64,000 bases of DNA from a virus (lineage: Duplodnaviria > Caudoviricetes): IMG/VR virus record IMGVR_UViG_2799112248_000007, positions 32,205 to 96,204 of that record. One strand, given 5' to 3'. Positions 40,513-50,269 of the stretch are shown piece after piece (within the stretch, counting starts at the first letter, position 1; each line of letters begins with the position of its first letter). A program made the translations under genes and the position numbers. The notes beneath the pieces were generated by a model that was not told the origin of the DNA, searched no databases, and worked only from the letters and a program-made list of their open reading frames with translations.

Positions 40513-42441
40513 ATGGGAGAAAATCACTCTCTAAATAAAGGAGAGTTACTGATTGATGTACAGTCTTTCAGTAGCTCAAACAGAATAAATATTGATATTG
40601 ACAATACCGTTGATACAATTATTGAAATAAAACCAACAAATAACTTCAAAGTAAAATATACACTTATTGCTGTAGGAGATTCAAAGCAAGAAGTTGAAAT
40701 TATACCTAGAGCAATCGGGAAAGACACTAAAGATACAGAACTTATTTCTCGTGCAATAGGTAAAAATGAAAAAGATATTTATTTGAATATCATGTATGGT
40801 CGCAATTCAGATGTGTTCACTGAGATTCAACCTATTGGTTATAATAATATGCCAACAGAGATTGAAGTACCACCTCACAATAAAATGTTTGCTATCTATG
40901 AAGTACAACAACCACCAATAGTTACAGATATATTCAACCCTACTCAAGATGCTTTCACAAGAGAGCAAACTTCTTACCAATCTATTAACTATGGTACAAA
41001 TTCATCTATGATTGTTGGTCGAAGCACAGAAGATATATATCGCTCGTTTGTTCAATTTGATTTATCTTCAATTAATAAATCGTATGTGCTAAAAGAATCG
41101 CATTTTCGCTTATACTATAAAGATTCAGCACCCACTAACCTAAAGTTAGAAATTTTAAATGCAGATAGAGCTTGGCAAGAAACAAATATTACTGATTTAA
41201 ATAAGCCAAACCCTATTAATTTAATAACTAATGCATTTACAATAAACAAGGAACATGGCTATATCGAATTTGATGTACTTAATATTGTTAAGTCTTGGGT
41301 AGCGCTAGAGAAGATTAATAATGGTTTCATTATTCGTTTATCAAATGAAACAGAGTTTGGTCAAACAACATTCTTCACTAAAGAATCTAAGTTTCCACCT
41401 GAATTAATTGTTAAATATTTTGATTCTAGAATATTCTCTCAAGGGAGAAGTCAACACCTAGTTGAAATTTTTGCATACAAGAGAAGAAACTCTGATAAAA
41501 ATACTGAAATAACTGTTGATTCTGTATTCACTTCAAGAGAAAAACCAGTTGAAATTTATGTTCACAGAAGAGAAGTTCCTTTACATTCTGAGCCATCTGC
41601 CGAAATCGTTGTAACTAAGCCTTATGCATGGTCAGAAATTACCTCAGCAATTCGTAAGGAAGATAAAAAACTTGTCGAAATCAGTGTTAGAGTACCTAAG
41701 GACGATGATAGAATTTTAGCTGAAATAGCTGTCAATAAACTATTTATCTTAGGTGAGATTACTTGTATTAGAAGTGAAGACAGTACAAAGGAAACAACAA
41801 TATCTGTAACAAAACCTTTAGTATATGCTGAGATTTCTGTCCCTACTCATGATAGCGATAAAGTTGATACAGAAATTGAGATTAACGAAACTTGGTCTTC
41901 TATTACTTATGCAGAAATTTATGTAGCAAAAGACAAAATACCAACTGAAATCACACCGAGAGTTATAGATGAAAATTCACCAAGAACAGAAATCACCATT
42001 TCAAAACCAAATCTTGAAATTGAAGTTGAGGTTAAACATAGAAGAGATATTTGGGTAGAAATCGAACCAAACATTATTTCTGACGTTTTCACTGAAATTA
42101 TTGTAACTAAGCCTTATGTTGATTCTGTTATCACAGTGCAACGATACGATGTTTCAGAGCAAGATACTGAAATCTTTGTTAAGTATACTGATGATGTACC
42201 TACTGAAATTGATGCAAAAGCTGTAAGACAAGTTGACACTATCATTGATATTAAAGCTGTATCTCAGGTATATGTTGAAATTTCTGTAACTAAAAAAGAT
42301 GCAATCACTGAAATCACTATTCCAACATGGACTAAATCTGTTATATTAGCTGAAATTAAACCTCGTGTCTTGATGGTAGACAATGTTTATACTGTAATCC
42401 AAGTAGGTTCTAAAGGTGGCGCTTATGCGTTCATCATCTAA
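40513..42441 (+). CDS. DNRLRE (CBM96-like) domain protein with C-terminal EI.V repeats
   Basis: PTQDAF...NYG...YRSFVQFDLS...FDV..IVKSW...NNGF...PELIV. Confidence 0.72.
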   Translation: MGENHSLNKGELLIDVQSFSSSNRINIDIDNTVDTIIEIKPTNNFKVKYTLIAVGDSKQEVEIIPRAIGKDTKDTELISRAIGKNEKDIYLNIMYGRNSDVFTEIQPIGYNNMPTEIEVPPHNKMFAIYEVQQPPIVTDIFNPTQDAFTREQTSYQSINYGTNSSMIVGRSTEDIYRSFVQFDLSSINKSYVLKESHFRLYYKDSAPTNLKLEILNADRAWQETNITDLNKPNPINLITNAFTINKEHGYIEFDVLNIVKSWVALEKINNGFIIRLSNETEFGQTTFFTKESKFPPELIVKYFDSRIFSQGRSQHLVEIFAYKRRNSDKNTEITVDSVFTSREKPVEIYVHRREVPLHSEPSAEIVVTKPYAWSEITSAIRKEDKKLVEISVRVPKDDDRILAEIAVNKLFILGEITCIRSEDSTKETTISVTKPLVYAEISVPTHDSDKVDTEIEINETWSSITYAEIYVAKDKIPTEITPRVIDENSPRTEITISKPNLEIEVEVKHRRDIWVEIEPNIISDVFTEIIVTKPYVDSVITVQRYDVSEQDTEIFVKYTDDVPTEIDAKAVRQVDTIIDIKAVSQVYVEISVTKKDAITEITIPTWTKSVILAEIKPRVLMVDNVYTVIQVGSKGGAYAFII

Positions 42442-42453
42442 CTCTTATAGATC

Positions 42454-42518
42454 ACACCATTTTTTTCGAAATATTTTGAAAAACCGTTTGGTAAATTTGA
42501 AAAATAATATATAATATG
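42454..42518 (+). promoter_or_regulatory. Repeated promoter-like motif, copy 2
   Basis: Aligns with 4775-4836; TTGGTA-16 bp-TATAAT. Confidence 0.5.
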
Positions 42519-42555
42519 GACTAGGATTCGCATATTCATGTGTCCTCTATTTTGA

Positions 42556-43023
42556 ATGGAAAGGAATAAAAATAACATGATTTTAGTATTTAAAAACTAT
42601 GAGCTTAAAGCTTTCGGAGATTTCCTATATGAGCTTTCATTAAAAGGAAAGGACTCTCGTATGCGCTCTCGATTTATTGCAATCTTAGAGACTCAGTTGC
42701 AATTAATCGCTAATGAGCGTGATATTCTATTACAGGATTACGCTAAGAAAGATGAAAAAGGAGAACCTATTCGTGACAAAGATGAAGAAGGTCAAGAGTT
42801 CGTTATCCTTGAAGACAGTCTCTCATTTAACCTTGAAGTATCTAAGTTAATGGGTGAAGAATTTATTATTGAAATCAAAAACGAGAAAGTTGAAATGATT
42901 AAAACTATTCAACGTATTGTATTTGATGTTGACAAAGAGTTCTCAGGTATTGAAGCAGAGCGCTACAATCGGTTCTGCGACATTTTAGAAACAGTATCTT
43001 TCGAAGAAACTAATAAAAAGTAA
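42556..43023 (+). CDS. DUF1617-family phage protein; likely start 42577
   Basis: FLYELSLKGKDSRMRSRF...YAKKDEKGEP pattern. Confidence 0.7.
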   Translation: MERNKNNMILVFKNYELKAFGDFLYELSLKGKDSRMRSRFIAILETQLQLIANERDILLQDYAKKDEKGEPIRDKDEEGQEFVILEDSLSFNLEVSKLMGEEFIIEIKNEKVEMIKTIQRIVFDVDKEFSGIEAERYNRFCDILETVSFEETNKK

Positions 43024-43327
43024 CATAATAATATTGAAAGAAAAAAACCTCATTGCTAGTTAAGTATCTCGCCACCCTGACAAAATTTGATGAAGTTCGA
43101 GTTGAGTTTGGTTCTCTTGCAAATTATTAGAGCTGTAGAAAAAGTTCCTTCTACCCCTTCTGACATCAAGACCTAATACTTATGTGGCTAGTATAGGTAG
43201 TAAAAGTCAAAATGTTTGATAGCAAATACGAAGTACTCGGTATCTTTGTTCTCAAACAATATTCGAAAATGTTGTTAATAAAGCCTAAGCAACTCTGGAA
43301 GAAACATTCAAAGAAGAACTCAGTGAG

Positions 43328-43353
43328 AAGCAGTCTAAATAGACTGCTTTTTT
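43328..43353 (+). terminator. Terminator-like hairpin before the endolysin
   Basis: AAGCAGTCT/AGACTGCTT stem followed by a T-tract. Confidence 0.6.
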
Positions 43354-43390
43354 ATATTCAAAAAATTAATTAATCGAAGGTGATTTTTAT

Positions 43391-44149
43391 ATGTTAGAAA
43401 TTAAACAAATGTTAGTAAGCTTTGCTAAGTATTCTCTTAAAGCACCATACAGTATGACACCTCAATACGTCACAATTCATAACACAGCTAATGATGCACC
43501 TGCTCTGAATGAAGCTCGTTATCACAATAGCAACAATAATCAAGTTTCGTTCCACTATGTTGTAGATGATAAGGAAATCATTCAAGTATTACCTGATAAT
43601 CGAACAGCTTGGCATTGTGGTGATGGTAGAGGAAATGGCAACATGAAATCTATTGGTGTAGAAATCTGCTACTCTAAGAGTGGTGGAGATAGATATGATA
43701 AAGCTGAGAATAATGCAGTTGAGCTTACAGCTTATCTATTGAATAAACATGGCTTAGGAATCAACTCTGTTAAGAAACATCAAGATTGGTCAGGTAAGTA
43801 TTGCCCACATAGAATCTTGGACAGAGGAACTTGGAAGGACTTCTTAAATCGTGTCGAGAAGGCTCTTAACAAGATTCAAGGCAAAGGTGGAACAAATACA
43901 CCACCTGCTAAAAACGAACCTTACAGAATACAGTCAGGCACGTATAGTACGAAGAAAGAAGCCGAGAGTGCCAAAGCTAAGGTTGCGCAAAACAAACTTG
44001 CCAATATTGATTACATCACAATCAATGAAGACAAAGGTAAGTTCTACTTCCAAACAGGTACATATGCTAACGAAGCTTCCGCTAAACAATATCTTCAAAA
44101 AATGAAAGACTTGAAAATTCTTTGGGTTGGCTCAGTTATTAAAGCATAA
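43391..44149 (+). CDS. N-acetylmuramoyl-L-alanine amidase endolysin (Amidase_2, XlyA/CwlA-like) with SPOR-like C-terminus
   Basis: TIHNTAN, SFHYVVD, AWHCGDG, SIGVEICYS, HQDWSGKYCPH; YRIQSGTY and FQTGTY repeats. Confidence 0.9.
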   Translation: MLEIKQMLVSFAKYSLKAPYSMTPQYVTIHNTANDAPALNEARYHNSNNNQVSFHYVVDDKEIIQVLPDNRTAWHCGDGRGNGNMKSIGVEICYSKSGGDRYDKAENNAVELTAYLLNKHGLGINSVKKHQDWSGKYCPHRILDRGTWKDFLNRVEKALNKIQGKGGTNTPPAKNEPYRIQSGTYSTKKEAESAKAKVAQNKLANIDYITINEDKGKFYFQTGTYANEASAKQYLQKMKDLKILWVGSVIKA

Positions 44150-44167
44150 ATTAATTGAATTTTAAAG

Positions 44168-44200
44168 ATCTCCTTAACGCTTTTGTTAAGGAGATTTTTT
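44168..44200 (+). terminator. Intrinsic terminator after the endolysin
   Basis: ATCTCCTTAAC/GTTAAGGAGAT stem followed by a T-tract. Confidence 0.8.
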
Positions 44201-44216
44201 GGTTTATTTGACAGAA

Positions 44217-44575
44217 CCACTTGGAAATATCATACACAACTCGTGATCGCAATGGTGGTGATGGAAACCCAACAGGAAGCATTGTTGAAGCCTGTTAAAG
44301 ACTGTTGGTTCAATGTTCGTGTAGATAGTTTGAGAGAAGAGCCTTTCACTCCAGTTGGTAGAAGTGATGTTAAATATAAAAACAAATCAGGTTTTTGAGA
44401 ATTAGGAACAGCAGGAACTACTACAGGTTTGGCTTACAACACAAATGTCAATAGAACTAACACTAAATTAACAAGTGGTAACTTTGTTCAGACTTCTGTA
44501 ATGCAGATGTGCCTAAAACAGCTTTAGCAGATAAAAACCTTTTAGTACAACGTGTTTTATACCCTTACATATAAA
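44217..44575 (+). pseudogene. 5'-truncated, degraded copy of slot 0
   Basis: VKDCWFNVRVDSL and other patches match 28150-28725; multiple indels. Confidence 0.75.
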
Positions 44576-44649
44576 AGTAACATAATTGTATTTACAAATA
44601 AAAGAGTGATTTTACAGGGTTAGGGGCATTCTCTCCTACCCTATTTTAT

Positions 44650-45182
44650 AATGATTTTTTTAATAGAAAACTTCAATACAATGAAGGCGATTGATAAAGT
44701 GTTATTCACAAATTCAGGAAACCAGCCGTCGATATTCCCTTAACTGAAAGGCTGAATGTAAACTCTTCTTCGAAATGTCAGATGGTTCATTCAACCTAAT
44801 GAAAAGAAGAATTGAAGTTGAGTACATTGACGAAAATGGAGAAACTTATCATTTAACAACAAATTTCGAAAACAAAGACCTTATCACATATAAAGAAGCT
44901 TACACTGACTACAGCAATGTACAAGGTGTTCAACGCTCAAATATCAAGTCCATTAATTTTGGCTACAAAACAATTTACAAGAAAGATGATGTTCAACTAT
45001 TTTTCCAACCTGTTGTATCCCTACCTTTTAATGAGAGCGCCTTTATTGAGGTCAAATTAACATCGAATAAGGATATGAACGGCTACTTGGTGTTCAAATC
45101 AAGTGGGATTGAAATAGAACGCTTCTACGCCCCTTTAGAAGCCAATAGAACAGGTCAAATTAATTGGACTATCAAAAACTAA
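44650..45182 (+). pseudogene. Internally deleted copy of slot 1 (residual ORF 44775-45182)
   Basis: 5' part degraded, with the start codon mutated and a deletion; 3' ~415 bp near-identical to A slot 1. Confidence 0.75.
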
Positions 45183-45203
45183 GGCAAAGAGAGGAAATGC
45201 ACT

Positions 45204-45536
45204 ATGAAGAGATTTTGGCTACGTCTTCCTGAAAAAAATGATTACTTAGAAATAACAGCTATGAACAATAAGTTATCATTATTTGAATCTTCAACTGAGA
45301 AAGTTTACACAGTAGACATAGGTAATTATTCACTTGAGAAATTAAGAGACAATCTAGTTAGCAAAGGTTTAAATGCTAGGATTGGAGAAATCAAAGCACC
45401 TAAAAACTCAAAATTAATTGTATTATTCTTAGATAACTCATTCACAAATGTAAGTGGTAGTTTCGTTACTTTTGTAGGCGGTATCGAGTCTATTGATACA
45501 GGAGATAGACAAGAAGAAAGCATAGTTCATATTTAA
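45204..45536 (+). CDS. Hypothetical protein (B slot 2)
   Basis: Intact paralogue of 29470-29802. Confidence 0.72.
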   Translation: MKRFWLRLPEKNDYLEITAMNNKLSLFESSTEKVYTVDIGNYSLEKLRDNLVSKGLNARIGEIKAPKNSKLIVLFLDNSFTNVSGSFVTFVGGIESIDTGDRQEESIVHI

Positions 45537-45552
45537 GAAAGGAAGATACTCT

Positions 45553-46634
45553 ATGACAATAGTAGGCGGTAATTTAGAACGCAAAGAGGTAGGATTACCT
45601 ATTGGTGTTTCAGGAACTCATGATAATACTGAAATTAATAGGACAACAGGTTTTCTTCAATTGATGCAAGTTGATGTTGATGGTCAAGGAAGACCTATTT
45701 ATACAGAACAAGGTTCTTGGACTTCTGATGTGATTGATTTAGGAGATAAGTTCAAGGACTTCGAAAAAGTATTTACAACTGATACAAGCAATGGAGCAAG
45801 CTCTTTCGCAGTTTTAACGAGAGTGTCAGACAACAATAAAGATTGGTCTGATTGGACAGCTATTGCTATGGATGGAGCTATCCAATCTGAAATTAAGCAA
45901 TATATTCAAGTAAGAATTGATTTATTTGCAGGGTTTGTTACTGATTTATTCATTATCTCAAAATCAGACTTCGAGAAAAATGATTTTATTTTAAAAAAGA
46001 AATTAACTGATAGTGGTTATGCAGTTCCAACTTTAACATCAAATACATCTTCTACACTTGGTTTCGCTTTTGCTTCTAGTGAATATAACTATAGCTACGC
46101 TCCGTGGAAAGCTTTCGATAAAGCTGATTCAGGCTACTATAATACCAAAAATGGTGAAGTGACTGGATTTTTAGGATTTTATTTCAAAGAAAAAAAATAA
46201 TCACTAAGTATAAGGTAAGGAGTGCGAATAGTAATCAAACATTGTTTTTTCAATGTTTACCTAAAAACTGGGTTTTACAAGGAAGCAATGACACTACAAA
46301 TGGTGCTGATGGCACTTGGGATGACTTAGATGTTCAAAGCAATCAATCATGGACTACGATAAACACAGATAAGGTTTTTGAAGTAAACAGAGTAAATAAA
46401 TATCATGCTTATAGAATAAATTGGTCTGCAAATAATGGTTATGCAAGTTACTCAATTATTGGAGAACTAGATTTCTATGCGGATGAAACAACATCACTAA
46501 GTCTTAATCGTGATTACAAGTATGATATGAAATTAGATTCTACATGGTCAGATTCAGGAAGTCTTCATAGAAAAAAAGTTATTCGTGAAGAATGGGTAAA
46601 GATTGATAAATCAAATGTAGCAACGAGGGATTAA
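45553..46634 (+). pseudogene. Slot 3 discoidin protein frameshifted at an A8 tract (46190-46197)
   Basis: GAAAAAAAATAATC versus in-frame A and C copies; ORFs 45553-46200 and 46242-46634. Confidence 0.8.
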
Positions 46635-46637
46635 ACG

Positions 46638-47858
46638 ATGAGTAAAACTTTAGAATATACTTGGTTTCCACTAACTATGACTAGCAATAACACACCTTCT
46701 CCATATGTTGCGAGTGCTAGTTCAAACATGTCACTTAACCCTCCTTTTCTAGCATTTGACGGTAAACTTACTAGTGATTCTAGATGGATAAGTAATGCTC
46801 CAATATGCCATATTACAGTAGACTTTGGTTCAATGAAACTATTTAATTGTTTAAAGTATTCTTGTTCATCAATCGTTATAGAAGCATACCCTAAATTAGT
46901 TACAATACAAGGTTCTAATGATGGTACAAATTTTATTGATATTGCTACTTTTAATGTCACTAATACATCTACAGATTTTATGACTATAGAATTTGTGAAT
47001 AATACTAGATACAGATATTATCGTTTTAATATAAAATCTAATTTTGGTCACGCTAGTTACTCAGGTTTGAATGAGTTAGTTTACGGTTTTACAAAAATAC
47101 CAATTAATAAAACTCTTATTTTACATGATGATGATTATAAGAAGTATAATGCATATATTCCTGCAATATCTCCTAGCACTAGTCTAAATACAATTATTCC
47201 TGCTATGACCTCCAACACTAGCCAATATGGAGAAGCATTTTCACAAAATCACCCCGAAAGCGCTTATAAGCTTTTTGATGGGAATACCTCTACCAATTTC
47301 CCTGTAGATTACAGACAAACTAGCGGAATCATTGGTTATAATTTCAATAAAAAAGTAAAGATGGTTAAATATGGTGTAATCTGCGCTAAATACTATGGTC
47401 TTAATACATGGGATTTCGAGGGGTCAAATGATGGTGTGAATTGGACAAAACTAAATTCTCAAACAGGACAAAGTTGGAATGAAAATGGAGAGAAAATCTA
47501 CGAAATATCTTCTCCTGACTATTATGAGATGTACAGAATAAATTTCACAAAAGTTACAAATAACGAAAGAACTAATTTCTCTGAGTTAAAAATGTACGAA
47601 TACATTGATGGAGTACCATCAATCCCTGCTTATTGGTCAACAATATCTAACATTCTACCTAATTCAGAAAAATTCTTAGAAAGTGGAATGGACTCTCTCT
47701 CTCCCCTACTCGACAGAGCATTAACAGAGTTAGAACCAATTACAATGACACAAAGAAATAACATTTTGCAAACAGGCGAAGTTGGTAAAATATTTGGCAA
47801 GACCTTTGACTTAAAAAAATATTTCGATATTAGAAGCATTAGAACTGAGGTGAAATAA
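46638..47858 (+). CDS. Double discoidin-domain protein (B slot 4)
   Basis: Two MTSN discoidins; KYFDIRSIRTEVK end. Confidence 0.75.
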   Translation: MSKTLEYTWFPLTMTSNNTPSPYVASASSNMSLNPPFLAFDGKLTSDSRWISNAPICHITVDFGSMKLFNCLKYSCSSIVIEAYPKLVTIQGSNDGTNFIDIATFNVTNTSTDFMTIEFVNNTRYRYYRFNIKSNFGHASYSGLNELVYGFTKIPINKTLILHDDDYKKYNAYIPAISPSTSLNTIIPAMTSNTSQYGEAFSQNHPESAYKLFDGNTSTNFPVDYRQTSGIIGYNFNKKVKMVKYGVICAKYYGLNTWDFEGSNDGVNWTKLNSQTGQSWNENGEKIYEISSPDYYEMYRINFTKVTNNERTNFSELKMYEYIDGVPSIPAYWSTISNILPNSEKFLESGMDSLSPLLDRALTELEPITMTQRNNILQTGEVGKIFGKTFDLKKYFDIRSIRTEVK

Positions 47859-49060
47859 TGGCAGGACTAGCAAGACCCACTCATTTAACAGATGTGAAAG
47901 AATCGAGTATTACTATATTATCCTCATATCACGAAGGAGCAGACCCAAAATCAACTTTATTAAATGGTGTAACAGGTGATGGGTTATCAAACGCTACGCT
48001 ACTAAATACAAATGGGTATATCGAGTTCTCTTGTACCGAAAAAATTATTTTGTGGGCTTGTGGTGGATATTATTCAGATAGTGGTGGTAACTCAGGAACA
48101 GGGAAAGTCTTTATTCAGAAAAAACAAACTGATGGAACTTATGCTAATTTAAAAGAATCAAATTGTCCTTCGAATTCTACTACTTGGTTAAATCTGACAG
48201 GTGAAATATCAGCAGGCACTTACAGAATCGCCACTTCAACTTCAAGATACCCTGTCTTCTCTGAGCTTTTTGCACAAAATGTAGTAATCAATAAAACATT
48301 TATTTTACATGATAAAAAATACAAGAAGTTAATACCAAAAGTAAATGAAATAACTGGATTAAAAAATGCTGTCCCTATAATGTTAGCTAATAATAGACCT
48401 AGTGGTATTGCATCATCCTCAGTTTCTACTAGCCCAACATATGATAACTATAAAGCATTTGATAATAATGTTAGCACATTTTGGTCTTCAGGGACAGGCT
48501 CTCCTGTGGATATAGAAGGACATTGGCTTCAATATAAGTTTGATAATGCTGATAACATTGGGTATGTAGAATTAAAATCTAATGCTGTATCAAGTGGTAG
48601 CTATGGGCTAAGAAATTTTAAGATTTTTGGAAGTAATGATGGAAAATCGTTTATAGAATTATTGTCAGTAATCAATCATCCTAATAACGATAGCAATGTA
48701 AGGTATAAATTAAATAACAACGAGTCTTTTATGTATTATAGATTACAAGGAAAAAATTCATACTACTATGAAGTACTCAATATTGCCGAATGGAAAATGT
48801 TTGAGAATCCAGTATCACCAACTAATGCCTATTGGGAAGATGTATCATCTGATGAACCGACAGTTGAACAGTTTATAAGTCATGGAATGGACAACCTATC
48901 TTTATTAAATGACTACCGTGAAGTTACAGAATTAAAACCATTCCCAATGACAAATAAAAGTGAGTTTTTAGGTGTTGGTGAGATAGGTAAAGTATTTAGT
49001 AAAACTATTGATTTAAAGAGATATTTTGATATAAGGAATATCAGAACAGAGGTGAAATAA
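47858..49060 (+). CDS. Variable N-terminal domain plus discoidin protein (B slot 5)
   Basis: YSDSGG N-terminal domain shared with C slot 5; RYFDIRNIRTEVK end. Confidence 0.75.
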   Translation: MAGLARPTHLTDVKESSITILSSYHEGADPKSTLLNGVTGDGLSNATLLNTNGYIEFSCTEKIILWACGGYYSDSGGNSGTGKVFIQKKQTDGTYANLKESNCPSNSTTWLNLTGEISAGTYRIATSTSRYPVFSELFAQNVVINKTFILHDKKYKKLIPKVNEITGLKNAVPIMLANNRPSGIASSSVSTSPTYDNYKAFDNNVSTFWSSGTGSPVDIEGHWLQYKFDNADNIGYVELKSNAVSSGSYGLRNFKIFGSNDGKSFIELLSVINHPNNDSNVRYKLNNNESFMYYRLQGKNSYYYEVLNIAEWKMFENPVSPTNAYWEDVSSDEPTVEQFISHGMDNLSLLNDYREVTELKPFPMTNKSEFLGVGEIGKVFSKTIDLKRYFDIRNIRTEVK

Positions 49061-50250
49061 TGGCAGTAAAAGAAATAGTTTTCAAGTGTACTAAAGCAAG
49101 CACATACTACACTATTGGAGGTGTCAGGATATATGATAGCAATGGTAATATATATCCTATAAAGTTCCCTTCAAAGAATAGTCTAACATCTAGTATTTTC
49201 TACATTCAAGGAACAGATATAACAGGAACAGTAAGTACTGCAAATAGTTATAGTACTTACTATTATGTTGACTCTCCTTTCGATATTGATAAGTCCATAG
49301 TTACTAATTATCCAAGTGCCAATTATTGGCTAAGTAGCTCGGCAGACACTATAAAAATATCATTTGATAAGGATATTGCTATAAGCAGGATTGATTTTGT
49401 TCCCTATTGTGGTAACGGTGCTAATAGAAAACAGAACGCAGTTGAAATAACAGCAGTAGATAATGAAAGTAACATATTACTACAAGAAAAATACAATACT
49501 TCATCTTTTGTGGAGAATCAGGTCTATTCAGCATTAACACCAATCCTGTCTTTTTCCAATAATATTCTATTAACCTCAAACAATAAAACATACTCACTAA
49601 AGTCAATCGATACTTGGTATGAAACAAAAATGACTTCCAATATTGCCCCCTCCCCATTAGTTGTAAGTGCAAGCAACTACTATACTGCTCCATATTTGGC
49701 TTTTGATGCCTCAAAAACAAGTTTGTATTCAACAGCTAGTCGTAGTGATGATAATGCTTGGATTCAAATTGATTTTGGGAAAAATAAAAGAGTCAATATG
49801 CTTTCATTCACAGCAGGTTCAGGCTCAGTAGATTATATTTTTACCCCAAAAAGATTTCAGATTTTAGCTTCGTTTGATGGTTTAACATTTGTGAATATAT
49901 TTGAGGTATCTAACCTATCTTGGATTAATGGTGAAACAAAAAAGTTTACATTCCCCAATACTACCCCTTATAGGTTTTATAGGATTTTTTGTCCTGATGG
50001 GACACCGTCAGGCTCAGATGGAATATTCAGGGTTGCTGAACTATTGTATGGGTATAGAGGGTTGTATATGAATGCACTACCATCTTATTCAATTAAAAAT
50101 TTCATTGATTATAGTCAAAAAACAATACCCGATTTAGATAGCCAAATATTTAATAAAAACTATATTTTACAGGATGAAGTATCTGAAAATTCAGAAGGAC
50201 TTTGGACAACAAAACTAGACAGAAAACCATTAAGTATAAGTTTTAATTAG
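49060..50250 (+). CDS. Discoidin-domain protein (B slot 6)
   Basis: MTSNIAPSPL discoidin; LWTTKLDRKPLSISFN end. Confidence 0.75.
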   Translation: MAVKEIVFKCTKASTYYTIGGVRIYDSNGNIYPIKFPSKNSLTSSIFYIQGTDITGTVSTANSYSTYYYVDSPFDIDKSIVTNYPSANYWLSSSADTIKISFDKDIAISRIDFVPYCGNGANRKQNAVEITAVDNESNILLQEKYNTSSFVENQVYSALTPILSFSNNILLTSNNKTYSLKSIDTWYETKMTSNIAPSPLVVSASNYYTAPYLAFDASKTSLYSTASRSDDNAWIQIDFGKNKRVNMLSFTAGSGSVDYIFTPKRFQILASFDGLTFVNIFEVSNLSWINGETKKFTFPNTTPYRFYRIFCPDGTPSGSDGIFRVAELLYGYRGLYMNALPSYSIKNFIDYSQKTIPDLDSQIFNKNYILQDEVSENSEGLWTTKLDRKPLSISFN

Positions 50251-50269
50251 AGAAGAGAGATGAATAAAA

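Noticed and set aside
44183-44398. 71-aa ORF
   Set aside because: Starts inside the endolysin terminator and reads into the slot 0 relic; no RBS
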